64,000 nucleotides of DNA from Vicugna vicugna (Eukaryota). The stretch spans positions 1,853,879-1,917,878 of the forward strand of contig MU057801.1 in the NCBI GenBank assembly GCA_013265495.1. The letters run 5' to 3'. Below the pieces are notes generated by a model. That model worked only from the letters and a program-made list of their open reading frames with translations. It was not told where the DNA came from and ran no database searches. Every line of letters begins with the position of its first letter. The first letter of the stretch is position 1. The translations under genes and the position numbers were made by a program. Of this stretch, positions 48,470-61,345 are shown in pieces.

Positions 48470-48760
48470 AGTCTTCGGTTTTTAAAAAATGAACCAGAAC
48501 ACGTCTGTTTAAGTGGATGTAGGCTCCTTCAGAATAGTCACTTTGCAAGGATCAACGCTTCCTTTACTGATGCTTAAAACGGTTTAGGAATTTGGAGTTC
48601 AAGTTGCCCATCAAGCCCCTGCCCTCTCCCCTTGGCCCACCCCAGGGGTCACCTGCCAAACGATCTAAACACACAGGAGGTTTCACCATCGCTCTCCCTG
48701 AAGGAATTCCCCAGAGCCTCTGGGGCAGGCTGGACGCTCGGAGGTGTGACCACCACAGGA
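48470..48760. mobile_element. Possible MARNA (mariner-derived) remnant
   Basis: ccttcagaatagtcactttgcaaggat...tgatgcttaaaac resembles the recalled ttcaaagtagtcaccttgggaggct...gatgctg...caaaac; weak inverted counterpart near 48690-48760. Confidence 0.35.
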
Positions 48761-49034
48761 GTCGCTACCAGGCAAACGCAGCAGGGATCTGGGACCGATA
48801 CCGCTTCTGCCCCTTGGAAGGACGCTTCTGCAGCGTGATCTGCACAGTCACTCAGAACTCGCCGGCTGATGTCAATCCTAACTGCTCGCCGTGAGCGTTT
48901 GTCAGTAGCACCCATATAGCTGCACGTGTGCACATGTGTGCATATCGACTACGAGAATTGTCTCAGTGAGCACTCGGGGCTTGGGGCACAGAGCTGGTGC
49001 GGGACCAACTTTTGTCTTGTGGGAAACGACATTA

Positions 49035-49230
49035 CCTGGATTTCAGTCTTCATTCTGCACCTGGCTCTGTGACCTTGGGCAAGTTACTTAACCTCTCTGT
49101 GAAGTGGGGCTGATGACAACACACACCTCCGGCTTTAGTGTGAGGGTCATGGGACCAAACACACGACAGGGGCTTAGAACCCTGGCACAGGGAAGACATC
49201 TTCTAATGGTGTCACCGCCATCATCATTGC
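49035..49230 (+). mobile_element. MIR SINE
   Basis: Core tctgtgaccttgggcaagttacttaacctctctgtg...gtggggctgatgaca...gcttagaaccctggcacag. Confidence 0.85.
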
Positions 49231-51899
49231 TCCAACGCATTTTGTTGTTTTGAAATCTGTGCCATATTTACATGTTGCATCTTTCAAAACACACAGAACT
49301 TAAAAACTTGGGGCAGTTTTCAGACAAAAAACATCCAGGAATCATGGTTTTCATTTTGTCTAAGGGTGCCATAGGATGCTGTATATATGCCCTTAACTCC
49401 ATGAAGAATTTAAGAAATGCAACTGTATGTATTTGAGATCATTAAACAATACAAAGGAGAAGCCTTGGGGAATGCACCGAGAGCTGGCTCTTTTCCTTCA
49501 GCCTCCATCAGACTTACATAAGTTTCACTCCATATAATCATTGCTTTCTGGTTTGGCTGCTGGAGGGTCTTGCTTGGCTGCGGTCCCTGTGTCCTAAGGA
49601 ACTCAGGCAACAGTGGTCTCAGCTGTCTGCAAGCCTTTGTAGGGGAAAACCAATTCTTTATCAACTGAAAAAAAATGAATCATTCTGTATAATTATTGGC
49701 TAACATTGCAGTCACGTGGGTGCTCGTATTGAGGGGGCACCTGTCACCATATCATCTTCATCTGAAAAAATAGTCAAAGTTTAGGAACAACGGGGAAGTA
49801 TGTGGAATGCCCGACCCCCCCAGCCAATGCCACCAACAGAGCGCAGCGGCCCCTGCTTGGGGCTGGGCTGGGACGTCACACCCCACGCCCACCCCCCCGG
49901 GCAGCAGCTCTGTCTGGGGGCCACCAACTCGGAACAGCATTCAAGCAGAAAGACCTCATGGGCGTTTTTGTGATTTTTCTCCCTTTTAACCGGGAACCCG
50001 GCAGAGCGCTGTATTTCAATATCAAACATTGGTTGTCATTTTAGCGGCACTGCTGGTTTGTATGACACGTCTTTCCTAGGCAGCTAATTGCTTGAGTACC
50101 TGCAGGCTGATATACCCTCTGTAGACATCCATGCTGTCCTCTTTTTATAACTTTATTTCATTTTCTGTTCATTTCTGATGTTGACTCAAAGGGCCTTTAT
50201 CACCTCGCGCTGATAATCAGTGCTTTATGGCCACTGGTGTGATTGGGAGCAGTTGAAGCCGCGTGCAAAAACACACACATATAAATATTTGAACAGGAAA
50301 AAGAAAGTCTGTCTGACGGAGGCCAAGAAGAAGTGTGTTTCAGCGAAGGAAGCCGCTAGGGGGACCTGGACGCTGAGCCAGGACCAGGCAAGGTCGCCCT
50401 GTCCTGTCCCACCTGCCCGCTGCGTACAAGGGCCGCAGCCGACTCCAGGCCCCTGGCACGGGGCCCCAGCCAGGAGCCACGCCGCCGGGCCTGTGACGCC
50501 ATGCTGGTGGCGTCTCCGTAGACGGGGTCACTGAATTCGCTCCCTCTGCGCAGAATGGATCAGCTCTCGCAGGGGGTTGAAGAGCTGAGAGGTTTGAAGT
50601 CACTTATTTACCGGGAGGTGTGCTGGTCACCAAACCTCGTTGCGGGTCCAAAGAACAGGATGCTGCGTGTCTCCCTTTCCCACTCTTGCGCGGGGACCCC
50701 CCGCTTTTCCCGCAGCTGGGGAGGAGCTGAAGATGAGGGCAGAGCTCACTCGACTAAGAAAGTAAGAGCCAAACTGGAGGCAAACAGCAGCCGGTCTGGC
50801 CGGCATAGCTGGAGCTGTCCCCGGTTGTCCCTGACAGCGGGCGACTCGAACCACCTGTGTTTGCTCACCCGCTCTCCCCGATCTGCGAGAAAATGGCCCG
50901 GCCGGTCACATGGCAGCCAGATAGGCCAGGCACCATGGGGACACAAAAGCGGAGCTTTTAGCAGAGTTAATCATTAACGGGCCCCTCTTTGTCCTGCCGG
51001 AGTGCTGACCGCGCTCTGACAGCCTGTGTTTGCCATTGGGCGGCCGAGGCCCCGCCAGGTACTAATGAGTCGCGGCTGCCCTCGCGGTGCCCGCCGGCCT
51101 GAGCCCACCCCGCCCCCCACACAGCCCCTGGGCTCGTCCCCGCACACCCCGCGAGGCCTGCGTGCTTCCGCGAGCCAGGCTGGGAGAGGTGTGATCAGAA
51201 AAGCCCATGACCCCCCCGCCCCGTGTGTGATCTTAGCCACAAAGCTAAACTCAGTATGTTTTTTGTTTGTTTCAACGTGGGCCAGGGATGGACTGTTTCG
51301 GTCTAACAGCAAGGGGCATTGGATTCCCACAACTTAGCCTAGAGACCCACTCCTGGGTCGAGTCTGATGTTTCCACCTTGGCAATGAAAATGCAAGTGTC
51401 CCTGACGGCTTTTTTTTTAATGGAAAATCCCATCTTAGCCGACTTAAAACTAAATAGCTAATGTGTCAGAAAGCTGGAGACAGGGAAAATGCAAGCCAGG
51501 TGACGACCCAGTGTCACCTGTCCCTTCCCCTGAGTCTGTGAAGCTGCCCCCCCCGCCCCCAGGAACGAGGTATCTTTTGCCTGCAGCTTGCCGAAAATGG
51601 ACTCTGGGTTTGTGCAGTCACATCGCTGCCAGCCCTCCTGAAAACGTGATATAAACCGTGAATGTTCCATTGTCCTTTATAACAATTGAAAACAGCAAAT
51701 GAAAAGTACATCTTTGAAGCCTGGCTTACAAAGGAACAGTTTTTTTTTTTTTTTTAAGTTTGGGGTCATTTCAGAGCAGAGCGTAGGAACAGAGCACATT
51801 TTCAGTCTTGCTGACGTGATCGGGGACGGAGACGCTGGCAGCACAGATGTCAGCCTCGAGCCCGGGGCAGCCCCACGTGTCCCCGCGTGTCCCTGCGGC

Positions 51900-52110
51900 A
51901 GTCCGCGTGCCTTTAAAGCTTTTATCCAATCGATCTTTACGACACCCAGGCACATGGGACCATCGATGACTTTTATTGCTGTCTTTTTCTCCCTCACAGA
52001 TGAGGAAGTGAAAGTTGATGGGCTTGGCCTCGTCATCCTGGCAATGCAGCAGCAGACAGGTGATCAGGTGGTTAGACTCCCGGGAGGACTAGACTGGGCC
52101 ACCGCGTCCG
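51900..52110 (-). mobile_element. Decayed MIR SINE
   Basis: atctttacgacaccc...ttattgctgtctttttctccctcacagatgaggaagtgaaag corresponds to antisense MIR atcctcacaacaaccct...ccccattttacagatgaggaaactgagg. Confidence 0.55.
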
Positions 52111-52992
52111 AGGACACGTCGCTGCTCGATTTCACACGCTGCATCCGCGCCTGGGGCCTGGCTTTATCCTCAAGGAAACTGCCTGGCCTCTCTCCAGCTT
52201 CCTGGCCACCTACTGTGTGCTCCAGAGCGCTTGGCTTTGGAGGAAGTAAAAATGGAGACAGTAAGGTTCCAGCCGGCAAGAAGAGCCACGCACCGCAGAT
52301 AACCAAGCACCAGAGGCAGGCGTGGGCAGTGTTGAAGTGCCCGGGCCAAAGGCCCACGTCCTTCCACCTGGCTGAGCTTTGCCCCAGATCTGAGAACGCC
52401 CCACCGGCAGGGAAACCGGGCGCTTTCAGAACGCCCGGACGTTAGAATGTGGCAAGCATCCAATCCAAATAGTGTTATCGGCTTTACCATGATGCGCAGG
52501 GGCTGTGGCACCATCAGCCTTTACTTTTCAAAACGCTCTTCGCACAGGGAGCGTGACCACATCCCACACCCCACGGTGCCCGTCCACCACCGGCTCCTGG
52601 GCCACGGGCTCGTGTGAGAGGCTGGAGGTGACACCGCTCCCCCAGGTGCAGTGGGTCCAGACACCGTCTCTGGCTCTGGGAGGGGCGAAGCCGTGGGCCA
52701 AGCACGTGTTCCATCAAGTGTAACTCAGCGTGTGCAGGGGGCACACGAGGAAAGTAGTCTGTGACTGTGGAGGCAGAATTCTCTGAATTAGCGCTGAAGA
52801 TTTAACCAGAAATTAAATGGCATTTGAGGAAGATGATGGAGATCCAACGATGTCTTGACAACGCTGTATTGATATTAACTGATCCTGACATCCTCCTGTA
52901 ATTGTTAAAGACAGCGGAGTCGAGAGAAAAAGGCAGATCCACGTTGTGCGCTGTCTTGTCTCCTGCGAGGAGCGGGTGGGGGGAAGACAAAA

Positions 52993-53480
52993 GACTTAGT
53001 TTACCCCTAGATGCAGCCCCAAAATCAAGAATCTGGGTGCAGATGGTTTATTTGGAATGAGATTCCAGGAAACGGGGGGAGGGGAAGGGAGGGAGGGGAG
53101 GGAGGGCAGCCCATGTAGGGTGGAGGCGGCCGTGTCACTGCTGAGAGGCTGGGGCCTGACCTGCAGGGTGCCCATGGGGGAAGGGAGCCGGGGCCTTCAT
53201 TGGCCCCTGGGGGTGCAAGTTCTCTGGCGCTCTCAGCGCCCCACATATGGGGGAACACACTCCTCGGTTCAGCAAACACCCCTGTACAGACGAAGCACTG
53301 CTATGTAGGGAGTGTCTGCAGGGGACCTCTGCGGGGCCGGGGCTGTGGGCAGGGCACCCCAGGGACCTCTGCAGGGCTAAGGCTGTGGGCAGAGCAGCTG
53401 CAGCTGGGACAGAATTCGCTGAGCAGAAGTAGAGGGAAGAGGAAGGAGGGTGGCAGCTGGGCCCACTGAGATCAGCACAG
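52993..53480 (-). mobile_element. ERVL LTR (LTR16-like) remnant
   Basis: cccctagatgcagccccaaaatcaagaatctgggtgcagatggtttatttggaatgagattccaggaa resembles the recalled cccccagaagcagaccctgagacaaggatttgagtgcaagtagtttatttgggaggtgatcccaggaa. Confidence 0.6.
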
Positions 53481-53916
53481 CTCACCAGCTGAGCCCTCGC
53501 GATGAAGCCCCTTCAGCTGAGGGTGATGAGTGCTGCGTCTTAGGGGAGCCCCATCCTCTCGGGTGCCCTCTGCTCACGGTGCAAGCAGACTCGAGCATGG
53601 AGAGGCAAATTCCGAACGACCTGGAGGCCACAGCTGCCCGAGGAGTTCACTTTAAAAGCCCAAGGGCCACTCTGGGGGGGTGCCCTGCGAAGGGTCTGCA
53701 TGTGCCTCCGGGCACCGTCTGTCTCCCCTTTGGGGCTCACTTCCCAGGGCTTGGGGAGCCCTCTTGGTTGGCTGCGGCCGAACAGGAATGAAGAGCCAGG
53801 AGGTGCAGGAAGCGCAGAGCGTGTTAGGGTCCTGATGCCGCTCTCTCTGCACAAAGTCACTTCTCTCCACTGCATTCAATGATGCCAAGCCCCTGGCAGC
53901 AGCACACTCCTCACCT

Positions 53917-54102
53917 CAGGGGCTCTCAGAGGCCCGTCCCTGGGCGTCACACCAGCCTCACCGGGGAGCTTGTTAGAAGTGCAGATTCCCAGACCTGCCC
54001 GAGGCCCGCTGGCTCAGCAGCCCTGGCAGGGGGCCCAGGGCATCTGTGCTTTAGCCCACCCGCTGGGAGACTCCGAGGTGGGCGAGAACGTAAGGTCCAC
54101 CG
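53917..54102. mobile_element. MER5A-like hAT-Charlie MITE, near full length (~186 bp), GC-shifted
   Basis: caggggctctca...cagcctcaccggggagcttgttagaagtgcagattccc...ggggcccagggcatctgtgctttagc...gtccaccg. Confidence 0.8.
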
Positions 54103-57100
54103 AGGGGGCGCTGCGCCTGGAGACTCTGCTCTGACACCCCCTGCCCCCTCCTGCATGCCCCCAGATCTATGCTTGGTATATTTTTTTCCTGCATATTCCT
54201 CAGTTTTAAATGATATTCAAAGTCACAGTATCAAGTTCATCACAGCTTTCTAGAAGAGAGGTTATCCTGCTTGCACTGACACATCCCAAATCAAAAACTA
54301 GGCAAATAAGAACAAAAGCCACATGGAAAGAGGAACCACATCCCGCTGGGACACACGTGCTGGGGAGGCCCCGTGTCCGGCTCTGGCAGCGAGAAGCCTT
54401 TTGAAAGTCTGGCTCCCCCTGTCTGTTTGTCCCGGGAGAGTATTTTCTTCCCTGTATCCTGTTGGGACCAATCTTGAGCACAAGAGGAGAGTCATCAAGA
54501 GAAGCAGGTGGAATTCAAGCAGATTCAGGGATGCGCTCAGCTCAGGTAAGGAGGGGAGGGAGGCCAGACGTGTGACTGCCTCAGACACGGGTTTACAGAG
54601 GTGAGCGGGGTGGAGGGTGCCCCGTGGAGACCCTGTGTCCTTGGAAAGCTCGACAGGGGAGACTCGGGGTTACTGAGAGTCAAAACTGTTCATATTTGCA
54701 GAGCTCTCAGTGGTGCCGAGAATGACTCTGCAAACTAGACCCTTAATTCTCAGAGCCCCTGGCGCTCCATGCCGCAGGGGAGCATCACCTCCACCCGACC
54801 GACCCAGACAGCAGGACTCCCGGGGGTGCCGACCGCTCCCGACACGCAGCCGCCGCGGCGCGGGCCTTGGGGCCGCAGGACAGCTGGACGGCCCGGCCCC
54901 ACGAGAGCGCGCCCCGCGGCCCTGGCCCAGCTTCTCCCGCAGTCGGTGCACACGTGCCGGCGCCCCGCGGTGCGGGCTGGCGGACTCCCGGGAGTGGGGC
55001 CGAGAACTCGACTGTGTTTCAGAGAGCGACGCTCTCTCCACGAACATGGGAACCTGTACTGGTTGTTTTTCTCGTCTGTTCTGCAGAAGAGAAGCTGCTC
55101 TTTGACCAAGCGGGAGGGTGTCCCAGGCAAGGCGCCTGGAGGCGTCTGCAAACCAAAGAGGACTAGCGGGTCGCTGGCCACACAGGGGGAGTCACAGCCT
55201 CGGCCACTTGCTGGCGGGAGTCCTGGTTTTGCAGGCAGGTGACACCGGCAGGGGACCCTGGGAGGACCTACAGGAAACACCTGCCAGCTGAGGGCCCCCG
55301 CCGCTCCCCTCCCCTGGCTGTTCCCTCAGCTGCAGGGATCGGCCGATGGCGAGGCCCCGCAGCCTTGCCCGTGCTCAGCGCGGGGGCTCGGCGCAGTGCT
55401 GACTCCTCTGACGGGCGCCTCGCGCAGCTGCCTTGCCCACGTGGCCCCTTGTCCTCACTAGGAACGTGGGCGGTGTGTGTGGGGACGAGAGACGGCCGAG
55501 CTGCCCGGGCGCACCTGCCTCAGATGGTGTTTACAGACCTCCTGGTCCCCGACCTCTCTGGGCACCAGGAGCCCTCTGTGTGCTCAGCAGACGTTTTGCC
55601 AAAGCCGTTTTCACAGAGAAAGCTTTTTTCTTCCCTTTTTTTCTGTGTCAAGGACCCACACAGCTGTCTAGCGGGCTGCTTGCCGCTGCGAACCCGTTTC
55701 CCCCGCAAACGAGAGCCTGCGACTCTCGCTGCCCCGGACCTGATCCCCCCGCCAGTGCCCTCCCCTGGCCTCGTCTCTTGCGGAACGTGTCCCCGGGACG
55801 CTCCCAGAGCACGTTTCTCCCGGTCCGGGGGCTCTGCCTTCCCCTCCACACAGTGATCCTGAGCCTGAAAGAGTCATCTCGGCCTTCAAAGAAAACCAAG
55901 AAGAATGCTAGGAAACGTGACTCACCCCCGTGTAACCTCTCTCTCCCACCCTGTATTGGTCTTTTCTACCCGCAGGCCCTCTGCCCACCTCTGAGACCTG
56001 TGTGCAAATGTCTCCTCTGTGACCAGAGAGGTCGGCGATGCACAAGGGCACGGCGTACCGAGAGAGGGACTTCGTCAGGGAAGAGGTCGGGAAGGACACA
56101 GAGACGATGCTGACAGACCCAAGCCCACAGCGCCTCCTACGCCAACCTCAGGAGGGCCGCCGTTCCCCTCCTGCGCCATGGACAAGCCTGCCCCCCGCCC
56201 CCGGGAGCCCTGCTCCCTCTCTCCTGCACGAGGCGTCGCACTCACCCTGGGCCCTGACTCCCCTCTTGGGGGCAGTCAGCCCAGGAGGCTGGGCTGCAGG
56301 TTGGGCTGGACATCGTACTCAGCCCAGGGGAGCTTTCTTCTGCTTTCATGGACGCTTGCAAAGGGCGGTATCAGAAAACTATGGACAAGGTGACAGGGCT
56401 CCATTCTCAAGCCTGGAAAGCCGCCTTCCAGCCCCGCTCCGCAAGCGGGGTGAGTGTGGCTGCTTTGGGATCCAGTGGACAGAGCGTGACTGTCGCTGCC
56501 GCCCTTTGACCTGGTGAAATGGACAGGATGCTGGACTTGGAAGGAAGGCGCCTGGTCTGAGCTCCAGCTCTGCCAGTGGCCAGTGTCTTGGGGAGGTCAC
56601 TGACCTCTTCTCTTCACTCAAAAAGAACAGGCATAACCACGCCAGCGCCGCCCACGCCGCCCACGTGTCTTCCAGTCTTCCCAACAAGCTGGGAGGGCGG
56701 AGTCTGGGCCCAGATGCGGAAGCCGGGTCACCCGTGGGGCAGCGGGACACTGGGGTCCGCCGTTCCCCGGGGGCCCTGCTGTAGCCACGCCAGGGAAACG
56801 AGGACCCACCTGAGGCGGGCTCAGGGCTGTCGCCCCCAACGTGCTCCACCCGTCGGAGGAGGAGGCACACTCGGGGCCTGGGCTTTGAGCTCTCTCAGAC
56901 CCAGCCTCCCTCTGGCTCCGTCCCGCCTTGTTGCCCCTCCAGCTCAGCCCCTCCACACATCCGCCTCTTCCGCCGGCTCCTCTCGGCCACGGCGCCGCCC
57001 CCCTAGGCTCTGGGCCCGAGGCAAGTGCCTCCTCGGCTCTGCGGGGGCTCGCGCCGTGTCCCCTGGGTTCTCCCGGGAATTACATTCTCCAGACTCCTCT

Positions 57101-58134
57101 CCTGTGTTGCTCTGGGTTGGAGTCGCCCAGAGAGGAATCTGCACAAGGTTTGAGCGGCAGAAGCAAAGCGGTGGCCATTAGGGGCCGGATGCACCGACCC
57201 GGCAACGGACGGGGCGGGAGGACCTGGTGGGGCTCGGCTTGCCCTTGTTCTCTGGCTCCATGTCCAGCTCATCGTCCAGATGCTCAGGAACCCCCTCCCC
57301 TGCACACCTGCTGCACAGTGCACGCTGGTTCCCATCCGTGCAACATCCCTGAGGTGGTCTCCCCTCTGCCCTCCCAGGACCACGAAACAGGAAGAGTAAA
57401 GAACATCACAAGACACCATGGGGGCAAAAGAGAATTTATTCTGCACCGTTTTAATAACAGAAAGCTTCATCTCGGGTTTTCCATCACTCCATTTTTCAAG
57501 ATGCAGGAGTCCCTTCACGAGACCAGCAGAGACCCGTCTTACCACCTTCCTTTCTGAAACCTTTGGGGCGTCCATCAGGACAAGACAGAACTGAGGGCGA
57601 GAGCCGGAAGTCAGGAACTTTCCCAGCAGAGTCACGATTTCCGACACCCGCGAGGCTCTCCAGAAACGTCCGGTGATGCTGCAAAATTCTAAAGCGACAA
57701 TTAACGAAAGTCACTCTAGATGCAAAGGGCTGGGGAAGGAGCGGCCGGCTGGGATGAAGAAACAGGAGCTGCAGAACCAGATGATGCAGAGGACGCCTCC
57801 CCAGGGAGGCCGGGAGGCCGGGAGGCAGTTATGAGGGGAGACAGTGTGGACCCTCGGGAAGTGCTGCTGGAAGGCACGCCAGGGTCTGTGTGGCCCTACC
57901 TGAGGTGGCTGTGAAGAGTGCCAGGTGACAGGTGGGCTCCAGCCCCCCTGGGCGACCCTGCCGAGGGGCCTGGAGGAGCAGGGATCGGCAAACAGGAAGG
58001 AATTAAAATGCCTACCAGCCCTGGAGATAAGCCTTTTATAGGGGCAGGCTGAGCAAGATTTTTTTTTAGAGTTTGCCCCAGAAGAACAAAGAAGTCATTC
58101 TATTCCTTTGTTACGCGGTGGGGTGGGGTGGGGG

Positions 58135-58181
58135 NNNNNNNNNNNNNNNNNNNNNNNNNNNNNNNNNNNNNNNNNNNNNNN
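58135..58181. other. Assembly gap (47 N) inside a (TGGGG)n tract
   Basis: N run flanked by ggtggggtggggtggggg and tggggtgggggtggggtggg. Confidence 0.99.
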
Positions 58182-59612
58182 TGGGGTGGGGGTGGGGTGG
58201 GAGCAGAGGGAGTAAACTCTCTCTACTCCAAGCTTTCAGGAAACCAAGGCAGCCTTTGGAATTCCCACTTTGAATTTAACAGCCAACTTCTGTATCTGAG
58301 CGGTGTGACAGCTGGGGCGACCCAGGAACCCCAAGTGGTGGATGGGGCTGAGCCACAAGCCCCCTGGCAGGGGCAGGGTGACTGATGCTGACAGCAGAGG
58401 CCCAAACAGGGCTCAGCACCGGAGAGGGGGCCCCAGGCCCGGGGATGGCACAGCCGGGGCGCCGAAGGGAAGACGGCACTTTGAGGAAACGGTGTTCGCT
58501 TTGCTCAGCACATCCAGGAGAGAGGAGGGACACGAGATGGATTTAGGAGGCAGGGGCCATGTGGTGAGGGACTCACGGGCCACGCTACGGAAGGCAGTCT
58601 TGCTCCCAGGGGCACCGGCTCCACCCAGGGACGCCAGCCCCGGCATCCTTCATGCGGTCGGGCCTGTCTTGGGCCAGGTTTGCTCAGAAGTCATACCGCA
58701 GCTGTCTCATCCCCAAGCTGTAAAGTCCTAAATTGTACCTGAACATCTCAAGGCTCAAAATACCACTCCTCTTCGGAATTAGCTTGGAGGCAGAGGTCCA
58801 GTCCTCAGCCGTTTCTGGAGCAGAGTGGACAGGGTCGGGCAGAGCCGAGGGGCTGGGAGCCCCGGCCCAGCCACAGAAGGCGACGCTCCGAACCCACTGC
58901 CGCGCAGGACGCTGGCCTGCAGCAGCGCCCTAGAGCGAGCCAGGGCGCGTCCGAGAATGCAGCTCTGGTGAGGAGGGGGACATCTCAGGGCCTATGACCA
59001 CACAAGCCCACCGCAGTCTCCTGGAGCTGGGCCTCCCGACCACTCATCCAGCGCGATGGCAGCTGAGGCCAGGCGGGACCTGCAAGGGCTCCAGACCCGG
59101 GGAGCAGGGTGCAGGATGCTCTGGGCACGTGTGGCCCAGTCCCACCAGCACTGCCTTGCAGGAGCTCCGCAGAAGCACCATCGCCACGCGCCATATGCCC
59201 TGCCTTTCAGAGCCAAACACCCTCCAGGCCACTGTTCCGGGCTTCCAGGGCCCCGGCCGTCCACGGGGCGGCACTGCACCGTGGGCGTGGGGCCCACCCC
59301 TTGCCAGGTGGAGAGTGTGTGCCTGGGGCAAAGCGGACAGTGCCCTTCGGTCTCAATCGAGAGGAGCCCTTTGTTCCAAGCGCAAGTCTTGTGTCCTGCC
59401 TGCCCAGGTAGCAGGGAGGGGAGAGTGAGGGTCCGGAGGAAGAGGACAGAGAGCCAAGCTGCTTCTGCCCCGGCTTATCGCAGGCTCTGGGCGTCCGCCG
59501 TCAGAGTTGGATTAATGGGGCTGCATCACACGGTCCCACCTAAAGCAGGATTTTAAAAGTCACTTCTGAAGCCACAGTACAGAGAGAAGCTCTACACAAA
59601 TAAGTAAAATCT

Positions 59613-59734
59613 GTTTTAGGAGGGTGGGAATCAGGTTTATACGTTTCTTCATTTTGTTACTGGCGGCGCTGGAGACGGAACCCCGGACCCGCTGCATGCC
59701 AGGCGTGTGCTCTGCCACTGAGCTACGCCCTCCC
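59613..59734 (-). mobile_element. tRNA-derived SINE (camelid Vic-1-like), diverged and GC-shifted
   Basis: Reverse complement reads gggagggcgtagctcagtggcagagcacacgcctggcatgcagcgggtccggggttccgtctcc...ataaacctgattcccaccctcc. Probable short TSD aaaatct on both sides. Confidence 0.85.
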
Positions 59735-60010
59735 GGCAAAATCTTACAATCAAGTGAAATAATAAAAAATTTTGGAAAGGCTAATTGAGATACCAGCTCT
59801 GCATGGCACGCGGACAAGCAGACAGGCCCGGGCCTTGACACCACACGGAGCCCCGGGGGGCCGGCACCCCGCAGGCACAGAGCAGTGTCCAGCTGTGCTC
59901 TCCACGGTGGGGCGCTGGGCCCGCCAACGGGGTCCAGGTCCTCACCCCAGCTGCACCCCCCACCCCTCGGCCACCAAAGGCCACCCAAACACATTTTCAT
60001 CTGGATTTTT

Positions 60011-60312
60011 TAAAAAAGAAGAAGAAAGGAAAGAAAAGAAGTCAAGAAAGAGGGAAGGGTAAAGAAAGAGACAGAGAAAGAAAAAAGAAGAAAGGAAAGA
60101 GAAAGAGGGAAAGAAAGAAAAAGAAAGACAGAGAGAAAGAGAGGAAGAAAGAGAGAAAGAAAGAAAGAAAGAGAGAAAGAAAGAAAGAAGGAAAGAAGGA
60201 AATAAAGAAGGAAAGAAGGAAAGAAACAAAGAAGGAAAGAAAGAAAGGAAGAGGGAGGAAGGGAGGGAGGGAGGAAGGAAGAAGAGAGAGAGGGAGGGAG
60301 GGAGGGAGGAAG
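60011..60312. repeat. Polypurine (GAAA/GGAA/GGGA)n low-complexity tract
   Basis: About 300 bp of almost pure A/G, grading from GAAA to GGAA to GGGA. Confidence 0.97.
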
Positions 60313-61204
60313 ATGGGCCGTGGGGTCATTTCCTCTCCGAGCAGGAGAGAAGGGAGCTGGGGAGTAGGAGGGAAACCGGAGGAGTCAGACTGGCGGCAGC
60401 GGCAAAGAAAGCTGGGTGTATGAAGGGGCGTTTGGTGACCGTGGAGCCCCGTACCTAAGGTCAGCCGGTGGCTGCCTGCTTCCTGAAGCTTGGGAGAGGT
60501 GGCGGGGGGCTGTGACCATGGCCCAGCCACGTCAGTACACCTGGCCTGTGGGCTGCTCTGTGACGGAGGGTCCTGTGGGTCCCCAGTCCTGTAAGTGATG
60601 GAGGCTCAAGACCCCTAAGGACTGAAAGGCACTTTGAGAGCGGTAATTCCACGCTGCTGAATTTGTACAGCCACCAGGCAGGGACATTAAGAACTTCCCT
60701 AAGGTGGCAGGGGCAGCTGATGATAAAACAGGACAAGCCCCGGCCCTCCCCTGACCTGCCTTTCCAGTGCAACCACCGGGGAGGAAGCCCTCGTTGACAA
60801 GGAGCCCTCGGTCTATCGACTCAATTTGCCTGCAGGCTGGAGTGCTGGGAACGTCTGTCAAACAAGCAGAGCTGCGCGCGGCCCCGTGGAACAGCTCCGC
60901 GTCTGAGAGGCGGGGTCTTCCCCGCTGTCGCTGGCGGCCGCCCAGGTGGGCTCTGGGTGCCACTGGCCACCTGCCTCCCGGCTTTTGCTCTGCTCCTGTT
61001 TACCTGTTCTGTCAAGACGCGGGCAGTGTGTCCGTGCCTCTCGGGGCATTAATAAAGACGAGAGGGGTCGTGGCACCCAAACAGAGTTTTCAGACCCTCA
61101 CGGTCTCCCTGGCTGCGGGGCTGCGCGCAGACACACAGACCCACTGATGCGGGAACTATGATCTCCGTCCGGCCGTTGTCATTGTAATGCCTATTCAGCG
61201 GCCC

Positions 61205-61345
61205 CTTTGTAAGTTCCTGGAGGGCAGGGACCGTGTCTTGGGCTGCTTTTCATGAATTCATGCCTTTCTGCTCCCATTCACTGATCCTACAAACGTTTAT
61301 TGAGTCCAGCCCTCACTGCGCCTGCCACAGCGCTGGGGACATCAC
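61205..61345. mobile_element. L2 3' fragments in opposite orientations
   Basis: tgtaagttcctggagggcagggaccgtgtctt (sense L2 3' motif) followed by cattcactgatcctacaaacgtttattgagt (antisense L2 tail). Confidence 0.5.

Noticed and set aside
51699..52445. 248-aa ORF with an apparent splice acceptor (ttttctccctcacag|ATGAGG)
   Set aside because: It runs through a poly-T tract, and the acceptor-like motif is the antisense MIR core (acagatgagga). No protein homology recognised.
59942..60530. Phe/Leu/Ser-rich membrane-like ORFs
   Set aside because: Translation of the polypyrimidine strand of the GA-rich repeat.
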